A program made the position numbers and the translations under genes. Shown piece after piece: positions 1 to 8,600 of a stretch of DNA of 46,480 nt. The DNA is from Candidatus Hydrothermarchaeota archaeon (GTDB lineage Archaea > Hydrothermarchaeota > Hydrothermarchaeia > Hydrothermarchaeales > BMS3B): the NCBI GenBank assembly GCA_015521615.1, contig WANW01000029.1:1-46480 (forward strand), given 5' to 3'. Under the pieces are notes generated by a model. The model saw only the letters and a program-made list of their open reading frames with translations, made no database searches and had not been told where the DNA came from. Every line of letters begins with the position of its first letter. Within the stretch, counting starts at the first letter, position 1.

Positions 1-590
1 CCTAATAAAAATAGCCAATCATTAGGAAATTCATTTCTTATTTTTTTTACAACTTCTTCAAGAAATTTCTCATCTTTAACTTTTACGTATCTGCTACTAT
101 TCTCAATTTTTTTTAGTAAACCTCCTATTCCGATATATTTGAAACCTATATCTTTAAGCTCTATATAACAATCTAAGTACTCTTCTACGCTATTCCCTTG
201 AGCTACACCAACTAAATTAAAATTATAATCTCCAGAATCATACACTTCAATTGCTTCTTTAGCACTTTTTATTGTTGCATCCTTATTCTTTAAAACATCG
301 ATTATAATACCATATTCCACACACATATTTTCGTAAACTTCAAATAATTTTTCATATCCATTAGGTATACATCCATCTTTAGTAAAAACCGCAGAATCTG
401 CCATTTTTATTATATTTTCTCCTTCAAATTCGCGAAATAATCTCTGAAAATTTTTTGATGTATTTGCATGGGCCATAATTCCAACTTTAAATGGCAATTT
501 CGAAATATTACAATATCTTAAAAGTTCAAGTGACTTTGGCCTATCTACTACAAAAAATGGTATTGGATATTTAAGTTCAATCTTTTTCAC
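1..590 (-). CDS. TGT-fold (DpdA-like) guanine transglycosylase, 3'-truncated by window edge
   Basis: Manual translation from GTG at 590 (AGGGG upstream) stays open to base 1: MKKIELKYPIPFFVVDRP...KMADSAVF...YGIIIDVL...LVGVAQGNSVEEYLDCYIELKDIGFKYIGIGGLL...WLFLLG. The DS, xD, QG, GGL and LLG motifs occur in TGT-barrel order. Very AT-rich; not in the ORF track. Confidence 0.7.
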   Translation of the reverse strand, partial: MKKIELKYPIPFFVVDRPKSLELLRYCNISKLPFKVGIMAHANTSKNFQRLFREFEGENIIKMADSAVFTKDGCIPNGYEKLFEVYENMCVEYGIIIDVLKNKDATIKSAKEAIEVYDSGDYNFNLVGVAQGNSVEEYLDCYIELKDIGFKYIGIGGLLKKIENSSRYVKVKDEKFLEEVVKKIRNEFPNDWLFLL

Positions 591-772
591 ATTATCCCCT
601 CTCTGTGTTTTAGGAAGAGAGGTTTTTAAAGAAATGTGTATTATAAGAAATATTTAAATTTTATTATTTGCAACAATAATATCTTAGAATACTAAAATTT
701 TTTCTCTACCAGTAAATTAAGAAAAGAATAATTAAAATTATGTTTTCCTTATGATTAGTTTGCTTATATTTC

Positions 773-1132
773 TCACCCATACAAAACCGCGGGACTCTTT
801 TGCCTGATGTCCGGCACCGTTAGAGCTATATTTTTCTCTTCTTTTTCTCCCTGAAGTATAATCAGTATTAAAATTGCATTTCCATACAATTTTGTTCTTA
901 CATTACACTTTTTTAATGTGCACAAAATCTCTCTCACTCTTTCCCTGCTCAGATTCAATACCTCAGACAGATACTCGGTGGCATTAATTATCTCTATTCC
1001 AACAAGATTTTTCTTATAATCGAAGTCCAGTATTAAATTTCCCAGTTCAACACTGCCCTTGGACTTCGAATCTCTGCGAAATATGAACAGATTGTCATTA
1101 TCTCTGTCGTAGCTGAATTCGAATTCCTTCAT
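773..1132 (-). CDS. DUF2283 family protein (putative antitoxin)
   Basis: YDRDNDNLFI...LILDFDYKKNLVGIEIINA matches the DUF2283 pattern; overlaps the upstream DUF4258 gene. Confidence 0.75.
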   Translation of the reverse strand: MKEFEFSYDRDNDNLFIFRRDSKSKGSVELGNLILDFDYKKNLVGIEIINATEYLSEVLNLSRERVREILCTLKKCNVRTKLYGNAILILIILQGEKEEKNIALTVPDIRQKSPAVLYG

Positions 1133-1452
1133 CCTTTATCCACCATCCGCTGCCATCTTCGATTGATTTTTATCACGGTGGGCACTATTATCTTGTTACC
1201 GCTAAATACTAAAATGTAACGGTGAGCCTGAGTTTTACTATAGCCAAAGTAGCAGTCATACTTTTCCTCATCGGGATTACTCGACTTCTGTTTCGCGGCA
1301 AAAATCAACCTATCTGGGTTAATTATATTTTCTATGACTTCATCTATATCTATACCTCTAAACTCTGCTCGTAATTTTGCATGTCTCGTTATTATTATAT
1401 CGCTTCTTTTATACTGTTTCAATTTAGATTTTACATGATCCCTGTAATTCAT
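1129..1452 (-). CDS. DUF4258 family protein (RelE-like putative toxin)
   Basis: ITRHAKLRAEFRGIDIDEVIENI and C-terminal IIVPTV; paired with DUF2283. Confidence 0.7.
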   Translation of the reverse strand: MNYRDHVKSKLKQYKRSDIIITRHAKLRAEFRGIDIDEVIENIINPDRLIFAAKQKSSNPDEEKYDCYFGYSKTQAHRYILVFSGNKIIVPTVIKINRRWQRMVDKG

Positions 1453-1631
1453 GATTAACCTCTTTTTTATTTACCGGTTGTACTATAAAAATTAAGAGGT
1501 AACTGATAAATCAGAGGCAAAGATATTCCGCACACTATTTATAGTTTACACCACCAACCTGATTAAACCTAAACCACAGTTTAATTTTAACCCTGCTAAA
1601 ATTTAAATACAATTAAGGAAAAGTTAGGTTC

Positions 1632-2798
1632 ATGTATGTGGAGAGGGATGTGGAGGAAACCTTTGACAAGGTCGCTGAGGTTTACAGCATAGTGGCTCTG
1701 GTTGGAGCGAGGCAGGCTGGCAAGACCACACTCCTTAAGAAAAAGCTTGAAGAAGTGCCAAAAAGCGGATACGTTGCTTTGGACGACCCCGATGCCAGGG
1801 ACATCTTCAATGAGGACATAAAAAAATTTGAGAAGCAGTATGTAGAAGGAAATGCAATCACGGGCATAGACGAGGTACAGTACGGAAGAGACGCGGGGAT
1901 AAAGCTGAAATATCTCGCAGACAGGGGGCATAAAATCTGGGTAACTTCCTCCTCCGAAATTCTCCTCAGCAGAGATGTGCTCTCCTACCTCGTGGGAAGG
2001 GTGTCAATAATAAGACTTTACCCCTTCTCTCTGCGTGAGTTCCTGCGTGCAAAGGATATCAGGGTTTTAACCGATAGGATAAAGAGCCGAGCCGTGTGGG
2101 AGCACATAAATTATGGTGGCTATCCCAGAGTAGTTTTAACCGACGACGCTGAAATCAAGCAGATAATTCTCCGGGACCTGATAGAAACCATGCTCCTGAA
2201 GGATGTTTCCAGAAGCTTCTCAATAGAGGACATGGACGCCCTTGAAAGGTTGACAAAATATCTTGCGGCAAACACAGGAGCACTGCTCAACTATGAGTCT
2301 ATAATGAAGGCTCTGGACATATCCTTCCAGACTCTCAGGAAGTATCTAAATGCCATGGAGAAGAGCTACATCATAACCAGAGTTCCACCCTTCTATACGA
2401 ACAAAACAAAGGAGCTCACAAAAAGGTCAAAGGTCTATTTTACCGATACCGGGCTGAGAAATGCCGTTCTCAGGAGGAGCTATACCGAGCCTTCTGGGAA
2501 GATTTTTGAGAATTATGTTCTCATGGAACTCAGAAAGGCTGGCTTAGAGGTTAAATACTGGCGTACAAAAAGCGGTGCCGAGGTGGACTTTGTTGTGGAA
2601 GTGGATGGAAATCCCATGCCAGTGGAAGTTAAAACCCCCTCTCCTTCAATGAGCAGGAGCCTGGCTTCCTTTATCAGAACCTACTCCCCCGAAGAAGCCT
2701 TCGTTATATTTTACAGGGGAAATAGGGAGGAGCATGAGGTGGAAAACTGCAGAGTGGTGTTTACCGATGTTTTTGAGCTGCTGGAGAGGTGGGGCTAA
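1632..2798 (+). CDS. AAA_14 ATPase with DUF4143 (PD-(D/E)xK-like) C-terminal domain
   Basis: Walker A GARQAGKT, Walker B IDEVQ, GGYP, YWRTKSGAEVDFV...PVEVK. Confidence 0.9.
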   Translation: MYVERDVEETFDKVAEVYSIVALVGARQAGKTTLLKKKLEEVPKSGYVALDDPDARDIFNEDIKKFEKQYVEGNAITGIDEVQYGRDAGIKLKYLADRGHKIWVTSSSEILLSRDVLSYLVGRVSIIRLYPFSLREFLRAKDIRVLTDRIKSRAVWEHINYGGYPRVVLTDDAEIKQIILRDLIETMLLKDVSRSFSIEDMDALERLTKYLAANTGALLNYESIMKALDISFQTLRKYLNAMEKSYIITRVPPFYTNKTKELTKRSKVYFTDTGLRNAVLRRSYTEPSGKIFENYVLMELRKAGLEVKYWRTKSGAEVDFVVEVDGNPMPVEVKTPSPSMSRSLASFIRTYSPEEAFVIFYRGNREEHEVENCRVVFTDVFELLERWG

Positions 2799-2821
2799 AC
2801 AGACACCTCGCCCTTCCCGCG

Positions 2822-3421
2822 CTATAACCCCTCCCTCGCAATAAGCTCATACAACCTAGTAACCCGGTAGTACTTGTGGTGGGTTCTTGTCTCCCTTTTT
2901 AGCTTTGCTCTTCTGTGCTTTCTCTTCAGCACCTTTGCCCTGCAGAGATCAACAAGCCCCTCATCTCTCAGAGTTTCAAGCAGAATCCTTGTTCTCTCAG
3001 CTGGGATGGAGAGAGCCTTCGAAATATGGAGGTGGTTCTCGCATCCCGCCTTTTTAAGAAACTCAAGAAGCTCAAAAGCTTCCTCTGAATAGCGTTCCTT
3101 GAAGTACTGGGCAACCCCCCTCTTCAACAGGCTTCTCAGAAGGTGCTCGCCCTCTCTGCTCAGGGAGAAGTACAGGTGGTGCTTTCTCACCTCAAGGGTG
3201 AGCTTAAATCTAGCCTCACTTTTCTTTATCGCCGAGCCCGGAGTGCGCTCAACAATGCATGCCTCTTCAAAACGTCTCAGGGTGTGCATCACCTCTTCCC
3301 TTGGAAATTTGAGCCTCTTTGCAATTGCATTTGCGTAGTCTGCATTCGCCCTCCTCAGGTGGATAAGGATGTAAAGCTCCAGAGGCGAAAGCTCAAGCAT
3401 AAAATGCCTCTTCCATTGCAA
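2822..3421 (-). CDS. Tandem DUF2250-like winged-helix protein
   Basis: Two similar halves (LIHLRRANADYANAIAK...RKHHLYFSLS and LEFLKKAGCENHLHISK...THHKYYRVT); start may be the ATG at 3400. Confidence 0.65.
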   Translation of the reverse strand: MQWKRHFMLELSPLELYILIHLRRANADYANAIAKRLKFPREEVMHTLRRFEEACIVERTPGSAIKKSEARFKLTLEVRKHHLYFSLSREGEHLLRSLLKRGVAQYFKERYSEEAFELLEFLKKAGCENHLHISKALSIPAERTRILLETLRDEGLVDLCRAKVLKRKHRRAKLKRETRTHHKYYRVTRLYELIAREGL

Positions 3422-3432
3422 TCCATAAAAGC

Positions 3433-3825
3433 TTACTCAAACACCCTCTTAAGCGGGCACCTTTCAAAATCTGAATCGTTGGAGTATATTGCCTCTGCGT
3501 TGTACTCCAGAGCGGTGGCGAGGTGAATGCTGTCTTCTAAGTCAAGCTGATACCTGCTCATAAGTTCTGCTGCCTTCTGGTAAGTACTCATTCTGAGGGG
3601 AGCGATTTTTAGATTTCTTATCTCCGCAAGCCTCTCCATCAAAACCCTTTCATCAAAGCTCTCAGCCTCTCTCTTAAGAACCACACTCACCAGCCACGGA
3701 GTAAGCGAGGAAGTTACAGCCTTTTCAGAGCCTTCTATCCTCTCCATTATTCTTGTGGCGACTTCCCCGTGCTCCGGATGATCACCAATCCAGTAAACAA
3801 TAACATTCACATCAACATACCTCAT
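3433..3825 (-). CDS. vapC: VapC PIN-domain toxin
   Basis: YVDVNV, LEDSIHLATA, YSNDSDF acidic PIN motifs. Confidence 0.9.
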   Translation of the reverse strand: MRYVDVNVIVYWIGDHPEHGEVATRIMERIEGSEKAVTSSLTPWLVSVVLKREAESFDERVLMERLAEIRNLKIAPLRMSTYQKAAELMSRYQLDLEDSIHLATALEYNAEAIYSNDSDFERCPLKRVFE

Positions 3826-4067
3826 ACTTCCCCGGATGCCTCCTCATAGGAATATTTCTCAATAAGTTCGTCGATATCCTCCTTTATATGCCTCTTTAGT
3901 TTAAAAATGCCCCTTGATTCTCTTACAACGCTCTTCCTCTTCTTGAGGATGATTTTATCATCAGAAAACTCAATTTCAAGGATCGTATTTGGTTTGAGAT
4001 TCGCCTTCTCTCTAATACTTTTCGGCAGGTACACTCTTCCAAGTCTGTCAATGGCGGTTGTTTCCAT
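3822..4067 (-). CDS. vapB: AbrB/MazE-type antitoxin
   Basis: IDRLGRVYLPKSIREKANL swapped-hairpin motif; overlaps vapC; ATG at 4067 follows GGTGAG. Confidence 0.85.
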   Translation of the reverse strand: METTAIDRLGRVYLPKSIREKANLKPNTILEIEFSDDKIILKKRKSVVRESRGIFKLKRHIKEDIDELIEKYSYEEASGEV

Positions 4068-4142
4068 AAACTCACCATTACCATAAAATAAAATTACCAT
4101 TGTAAAATTAATACCATCAATAACAAAGCATTCGTCCGAAAA

Positions 4143-4511
4143 TCAACCCCTCTCAACCCTTACCCTGTCCCCATCTTTTGCTTTCCTTAGAACACTTACA
4201 TCGCCCGTAACTCTTCCTATTAGATTCACAGGTTCAACGGCACGGGGCTCTCCCGAGATGCTTACGGGCGTAGGTCCGAAAAATATGGCTATAGCCCTGC
4301 CGGCACACCAGAAGCAGATGTTCCCCACCTCCTGCTCCTCCCTTGCATCCTCCTCCAGCTCAGCCTCCACCGGGACGTAAAAGTACACCTCATCGCCCCA
4401 GCGGTTAACCTCTGACTCAAGGGGCAGACTCCGGTAAACCTTTCTTGCCGTTGGTGTGTCAAAGAGCTCACCCTCAAGTTCAATATCCCCAATGGTTATC
4501 CTCACCCTCAC
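4143..4511 (-). CDS. Cyclophilin-like fold protein (DUF369/TM1367-like)
   Basis: NRWGDEVYF, AIAIFFGPTP, PVNLIG. Confidence 0.85.
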   Translation of the reverse strand: MRVRITIGDIELEGELFDTPTARKVYRSLPLESEVNRWGDEVYFYVPVEAELEEDAREEQEVGNICFWCAGRAIAIFFGPTPVSISGEPRAVEPVNLIGRVTGDVSVLRKAKDGDRVRVERG

Positions 4512-4526
4512 CTGAGCACCCCGCGG

Positions 4527-5144
4527 CTAATTCTCCTCAAAATATTTCTTCAGAACCTTCTTCATACCGCGCCGGAGCATATCGGATGCGGTTGAGATAC
4601 TTATGCCGAAGTGCTTTGCTATCTTACGAATTCCCACCTTCTTTGGAGTATCAAAGTAACCATTAACCAGCGCATACTCCAGTATTTCCTCCTCTTTCTC
4701 TGTGAGAAGCTCCTTCTCGCCCTCAAGCTCACCTATGCGTTTAATCTCAAAGGAGTAATTCTTCTCCTCAAGAATCTTCGCAAGCTTTATCAGCGAGGAG
4801 CGCTTGGCAATTATGTCCCATTCCACCCCTTCCTCGGTGTGTCTCGCCGACTTTATAAAACAGCCCGCTTCAAGGATGCTCCTGGCAGGTATGCACTGGT
4901 GCACAGTCAGCGCCGCCTTTGCCTTACTCGCCGAAACCTTGTTGATATCCTCAAGGCTATCTGCATTTATCGCACTGAGCACGTCATCGAGGCAGGCATC
5001 GCTCTCTATCTGGAGAAGACTCTTCACCCCCTCGTTGTCGTAAGGTGCAGCATCAAGAAGCTTCACCTTTGCCTTGTTAAAAGCACGCACTGCAGCGACA
5101 GCACAGGTTTCGGGCATCCTTATCTTAAGCTTAGCCTCAATCAC
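4527..5144 (-). CDS. HTH_10 (Bat-like) transcription regulator
   Basis: LTEKEEEILEYALVNGYFDTPKK...IAKHFGISISTASDMLRRG. Confidence 0.85.
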   Translation of the reverse strand: MIEAKLKIRMPETCAVAAVRAFNKAKVKLLDAAPYDNEGVKSLLQIESDACLDDVLSAINADSLEDINKVSASKAKAALTVHQCIPARSILEAGCFIKSARHTEEGVEWDIIAKRSSLIKLAKILEEKNYSFEIKRIGELEGEKELLTEKEEEILEYALVNGYFDTPKKVGIRKIAKHFGISISTASDMLRRGMKKVLKKYFEEN

Positions 5145-5198
5145 ATTGTTTTATTAATAAATTACCCTCGATAAATATTCCGAACATTTTCGCCAAGT

Positions 5199-5507
5199 TT
5201 ACTGGTACTCCCGCCAGGTGTACCTGCACTTGGTGCAGCGATAGAAACGCGTCTCGGCTTCGTCAGCCTTGCGCGTCTGCAGAAGCCACCACTCTGCCTC
5301 GAGGTTGCCGCACTTGGGGCACTCAGCGCGGGTGGTGGGCAGTGTCCTTACCTCCTCGTCAACGACGACCACGCCTTCCTTCTTCTCCTCCTTGCTCACA
5401 ATTTTGTAGTCGTCCTCATTATCTATACCAGCCTCCGCACCGCAGCGCTGGCATACCAGCTTCTTGTTCTTTGGCAGCATTAAACCTCCGCACTTGTCAC
5501 AGAACAT
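5199..5507 (-). CDS. tfs: Transcription factor S (RpoM/TFIIS homolog)
   Basis: Two Zn ribbons; QTRKADE acidic hairpin. Confidence 0.95.
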   Translation of the reverse strand: MFCDKCGGLMLPKNKKLVCQRCGAEAGIDNEDDYKIVSKEEKKEGVVVVDEEVRTLPTTRAECPKCGNLEAEWWLLQTRKADEAETRFYRCTKCRYTWREYQ

Positions 5508-5928
5508 GCTTCTTCCTCATGTAGTCTTTTATTATATCAGCATGATCAAAGGCGAGTCTCTGCCTCATCGCCTCCTCGGGCGGAAACAATCTCGCTTCAG
5601 TGGCATCATCCTTACCCTTTAACTCGCCCTCGCCGCGGGCGATAAAGCAAACGCTAACCACATGTCCTCGGGGATCTCGCTCTGGAGCTGAGTAAACGCC
5701 AAGCAATTCCTTAACCTCAACATCCAAATTTGTCTCCTCCTTTGCTTCGCGTTTTGCTGCCTCCTCCACGCGTTCACCGCACTCCACAAAGCCTCCCGGT
5801 AAAGCCCAGGAACCAGCGAAGGGCTCGTGTTTCCTGCGGATTAGCACTATTCTCGAGCCCACCTCGATTACTATATCCACCGCCAGGGCAGGCGCCTTGC
5901 GGGAACCGCATATGCAGGGACAGCGCAT
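5497..5928 (-). CDS. NUDIX hydrolase
   Basis: Nudix box GGFVECGERVEEAAKREAKEETNL, RDPR, LAFDH; ATG at 5928 overlaps the DUF531 stop. Confidence 0.9.
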   Translation of the reverse strand: MRCPCICGSRKAPALAVDIVIEVGSRIVLIRRKHEPFAGSWALPGGFVECGERVEEAAKREAKEETNLDVEVKELLGVYSAPERDPRGHVVSVCFIARGEGELKGKDDATEARLFPPEEAMRQRLAFDHADIIKDYMRKKHVL

Positions 5929-6461
5929 TACCCCACCTCCCTGTAGGCATGGAGCAGTGCGGGCAGCATTCCTATAACAGTGCACGTCTCAAAAGGTATG
6001 CCCTTACCCGAGAGCTCCAGATGATGCTTCGTCATCCCCAGCACCTCCCGCGGCAAGCCGCGCCTTCCCAGGCCCATAACCACGAGAAATGACCTGCCCT
6101 GCCTCGCCTGCCTGGCAAGTGCTCTGGGTGAGAGGAGCTTTTCCCTCGCCGGTTTGGACGTCGCCGCAACGGCCACGCCGAGTTGCGGCGGAAAACCACG
6201 CCCTGGAAAATCGAAGATACCAAATCTTCCCTCCTCTGCAAGAAGTTTGATATAGCGTCCGCCCTCGCCTATGGTGGTGTCTCTAGCAAGAGATTCCACA
6301 ACGCCCGAGAAGCTACCCTCTAAGGGAAAGCCAAAGAGAGCGAGGTTCATCTCAAAGGCATAACACACAGGTGCCGCTCTGGCAATACTCCGCCTGTGGA
6401 TGTCGTGTAACCTCACAGGATCATAGCTGTTGTATAACCCCAGGGTTATTCTTCCTCCCAT
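5928..6461 (-). CDS. DUF531 family protein (SPOUT-like)
   Basis: LGLYNSYD, HRRSIARAAPVCYAF, GLGRRGLP, FETCT; start placed at ATG 6461. Confidence 0.8.
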   Translation of the reverse strand: MGGRITLGLYNSYDPVRLHDIHRRSIARAAPVCYAFEMNLALFGFPLEGSFSGVVESLARDTTIGEGGRYIKLLAEEGRFGIFDFPGRGFPPQLGVAVAATSKPAREKLLSPRALARQARQGRSFLVVMGLGRRGLPREVLGMTKHHLELSGKGIPFETCTVIGMLPALLHAYREVG

Positions 6462-6880
6462 ACCGCATCCCTCGCTCTCGAAAGGAGTGCTGCAAAGGCG
6501 GTCACAGAAGCTTCTCTTAGCTCTTCTTTGCGAGAGAAACGAAGCTCCCTTGCGAGCAGAGAAACGCATTCTTCAAGGGTCAGTGCTTCCTGAAGAAACG
6601 CCTGGGCGAGTAAACTCTCTGCAAAGTCCCCGAGGCTCTGCTTATCCATGCGCGTACCAGCATGCTCACGCAGTCCTGCCTTAACCACTGCCTCTGCAAG
6701 GATTGAGTTTGAAACTTTCTTCCCCACCACTCTACCAAGAACCCTTGAAAGGGCGAGAGAGTAGATTAAGTTGGCTATGCTATCTCCGAGGGGAGAAAGC
6801 TCAGCAAAGCTGGTCTCAAAGCCCAGTGCCGGGTAGCTTTTTTTCTCCTCCCTAACTTTCCAGCTTCTTCTGCAGCTCAT
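6446..6880 (-). CDS. Archaeal ribonuclease III-like protein
   Basis: LGDSIANLIYSLALS and LGDFAESLLA RNase III-type signatures; start codon uncertain. Confidence 0.75.
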   Translation of the reverse strand: MSCRRSWKVREEKKSYPALGFETSFAELSPLGDSIANLIYSLALSRVLGRVVGKKVSNSILAEAVVKAGLREHAGTRMDKQSLGDFAESLLAQAFLQEALTLEECVSLLARELRFSRKEELREASVTAFAALLSRARDAVWEEE

Positions 6881-7337
6881 CAAACTCCTTCGCAATCTCT
6901 TTGAGCACCTGCTTCAGAACAAAGCGAGGAGGCGAGGGAATGCCGTAGTCCAGCTTTTTTGCCTCGCTCACATAGCGCTCCAGTATGCTTTTGGTTATGC
7001 CAGTCTTCTCTGCCAGTTCGTCAAGGTCTGCCTTCAGCAGGGCATTGGCTGTTGTAATCCCTGCACCTGCGAGCTGCTCCTTTCGCTTTGGGCCTATGCC
7101 GGGCACCGCAGTAATCTCAACCTCCTTCTCGCCGCTGCGGGGCACCTCTATCCCTGGCTTAACCCTGAGGTAGACCACAGGCTGGGAGAGGAGAGGATGG
7201 GCTATGCGGTAGGACGCGGCCTCAACCGCCTCGTTATCTGTAAGCGCCTCTCTGAGGAGATTGCAGAAGGTGTGATCCTCGCCTACAAGCTCAAACTCCA
7301 GCTCGGTGTCGTTCTCCCTGATAACCTTTATCTCCAC
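6852..7337 (-). CDS. rpoL: RNA polymerase subunit L (Rpo11) with internal helix-hairpin-helix insertion
   Basis: GEDHTFCNLLR and YRIAHPL signatures; directly after csl4; ~70-aa insert containing VPGIGPK. Confidence 0.9.
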   Translation of the reverse strand: MEIKVIRENDTELEFELVGEDHTFCNLLREALTDNEAVEAASYRIAHPLLSQPVVYLRVKPGIEVPRSGEKEVEITAVPGIGPKRKEQLAGAGITTANALLKADLDELAEKTGITKSILERYVSEAKKLDYGIPSPPRFVLKQVLKEIAKEFDELQKKLES

Positions 7338-7349
7338 TTTGCAACCTCC

Positions 7350-7925
7350 TTATATAACGCCCTTGCCGTACTCAGAGGAGTACTTTCGCGACTCATACCT
7401 GCCGCAGTTCGGGCACACCAGGCGCTTGCCCTCCAGCTTAAGCGCTATGTTGCAGTTGGTGCAGTATGCCTTAATGGCGCCGAGAGGTCGCTCAACTGTG
7501 CTAAGTGCAATTGGCACCCTTCGCGTATTTGTAACCTTCGCTAGGACAACATCCCCGATCTTAATCTCGCGGTCAATGTCCTGAACGTAGGTGCTGCGAA
7601 GCTGAGAGATGTGTATCGTGCCATATACATTGCCCGGGAGCTCTCGGCGGCTTCGCAGGAGGCGGATAAGCTTCACAAGTGCGAACTGCTGCTTTACATC
7701 CACCACCTTGCATACCGCAATATCGCCCACGCGGGGCTCTGGTATGGTGTTTGTCTTCGGCTCAACTTCAATTTTGCGCTCCTTCATGTCTATTTTGAGC
7801 ACACCCGTCAGAGAGGCAAATATCCTGCCATTCTCCTCATAGGTGCCCCTGCCCGGGATGAACTCTTCACTGAACCCCAGCTCCTCGCCGGGTACAACGA
7901 ATTCACCTGCCTCAACCATTTCCAA
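7350..7925 (-). CDS. csl4: Exosome RNA-binding protein Csl4
   Basis: VVPGEELG..EEFIPGRGTY, S1 domain, C-terminal Zn ribbon, ESRKYS. Confidence 0.93.
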   Translation of the reverse strand: MEMVEAGEFVVPGEELGFSEEFIPGRGTYEENGRIFASLTGVLKIDMKERKIEVEPKTNTIPEPRVGDIAVCKVVDVKQQFALVKLIRLLRSRRELPGNVYGTIHISQLRSTYVQDIDREIKIGDVVLAKVTNTRRVPIALSTVERPLGAIKAYCTNCNIALKLEGKRLVCPNCGRYESRKYSSEYGKGVI

Positions 7926-8523
7926 GCCTCCTTATCCGGTATATATCCACATTTATAAACTTCCTCTCCTTCCTGTGAAAATCATAGCTTCTGGGAAGTT
8001 CAAAGCGCTTCTCGACAACCTCTTCCACTCTACCTCCAAGCGCACGCACATAGCGGTGAATAAACTCCCGTGTCTCGCGCTTGTGAATTGAGTAAACCAC
8101 CGGCGCAATCTCCAGCGCCTTCTCAAGAAATGCTCTATCAGCACCTCTAACGTGGACTCCAAAAGGCGGATTCTGAACCACCGTCTCTGCTCTCCCACTT
8201 ATATCTCTGACGTCAGCCAGAATAAACTCTATGTTATCGAGAGCAAATTTTTCGGCATTTTTCTGTGCAATGCTCAGAGCTTCTGCATCACTGTCAACAC
8301 AGACCACCTGCTTCGCCCCAAGAAGTGCTGCGCCTATACCCAGCCTGCCGGTGCCACACCCCAGGTCAAAGACAGTCTTTGCATATATATCTCCCTTCAG
8401 ATGTGCCAGTATTAAAAGCTCAGCTGCAAGCGGTGCTGGTGTGGAGTACTGCTCCAGACTGAGCCTGGGCCTGCGAAATCCCGAACAGCGCTGGAGCATC
8501 ATCTCAAGCTCTTTCTTGTCCAC
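7912..8523 (-). CDS. METTL5-family RNA methyltransferase
   Basis: LEQYSTP, DLGCGTG, NPPFG. Confidence 0.9.
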   Translation of the reverse strand: MDKKELEMMLQRCSGFRRPRLSLEQYSTPAPLAAELLILAHLKGDIYAKTVFDLGCGTGRLGIGAALLGAKQVVCVDSDAEALSIAQKNAEKFALDNIEFILADVRDISGRAETVVQNPPFGVHVRGADRAFLEKALEIAPVVYSIHKRETREFIHRYVRALGGRVEEVVEKRFELPRSYDFHRKERKFINVDIYRIRRLGNG

Positions 8524-8600
8524 ATTCTAAACTTGTCCGCAAATTTTATAAACTCTTTATGTTCTAATATGTTCACCATATTATAACAGGAGGTGCTGAA

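Noticed and set aside
1545-1631. AACCTAA/TTAGGTT short inverted repeat in an AT-rich spacer
   Set aside because: Too short in low-complexity sequence; no transposase or target-site duplication
6936-7148. Intein as explanation of the RpoL insert
   Set aside because: No N-terminal Cys/Ser block or His-Asn terminus; too short; sequence matches HhH instead
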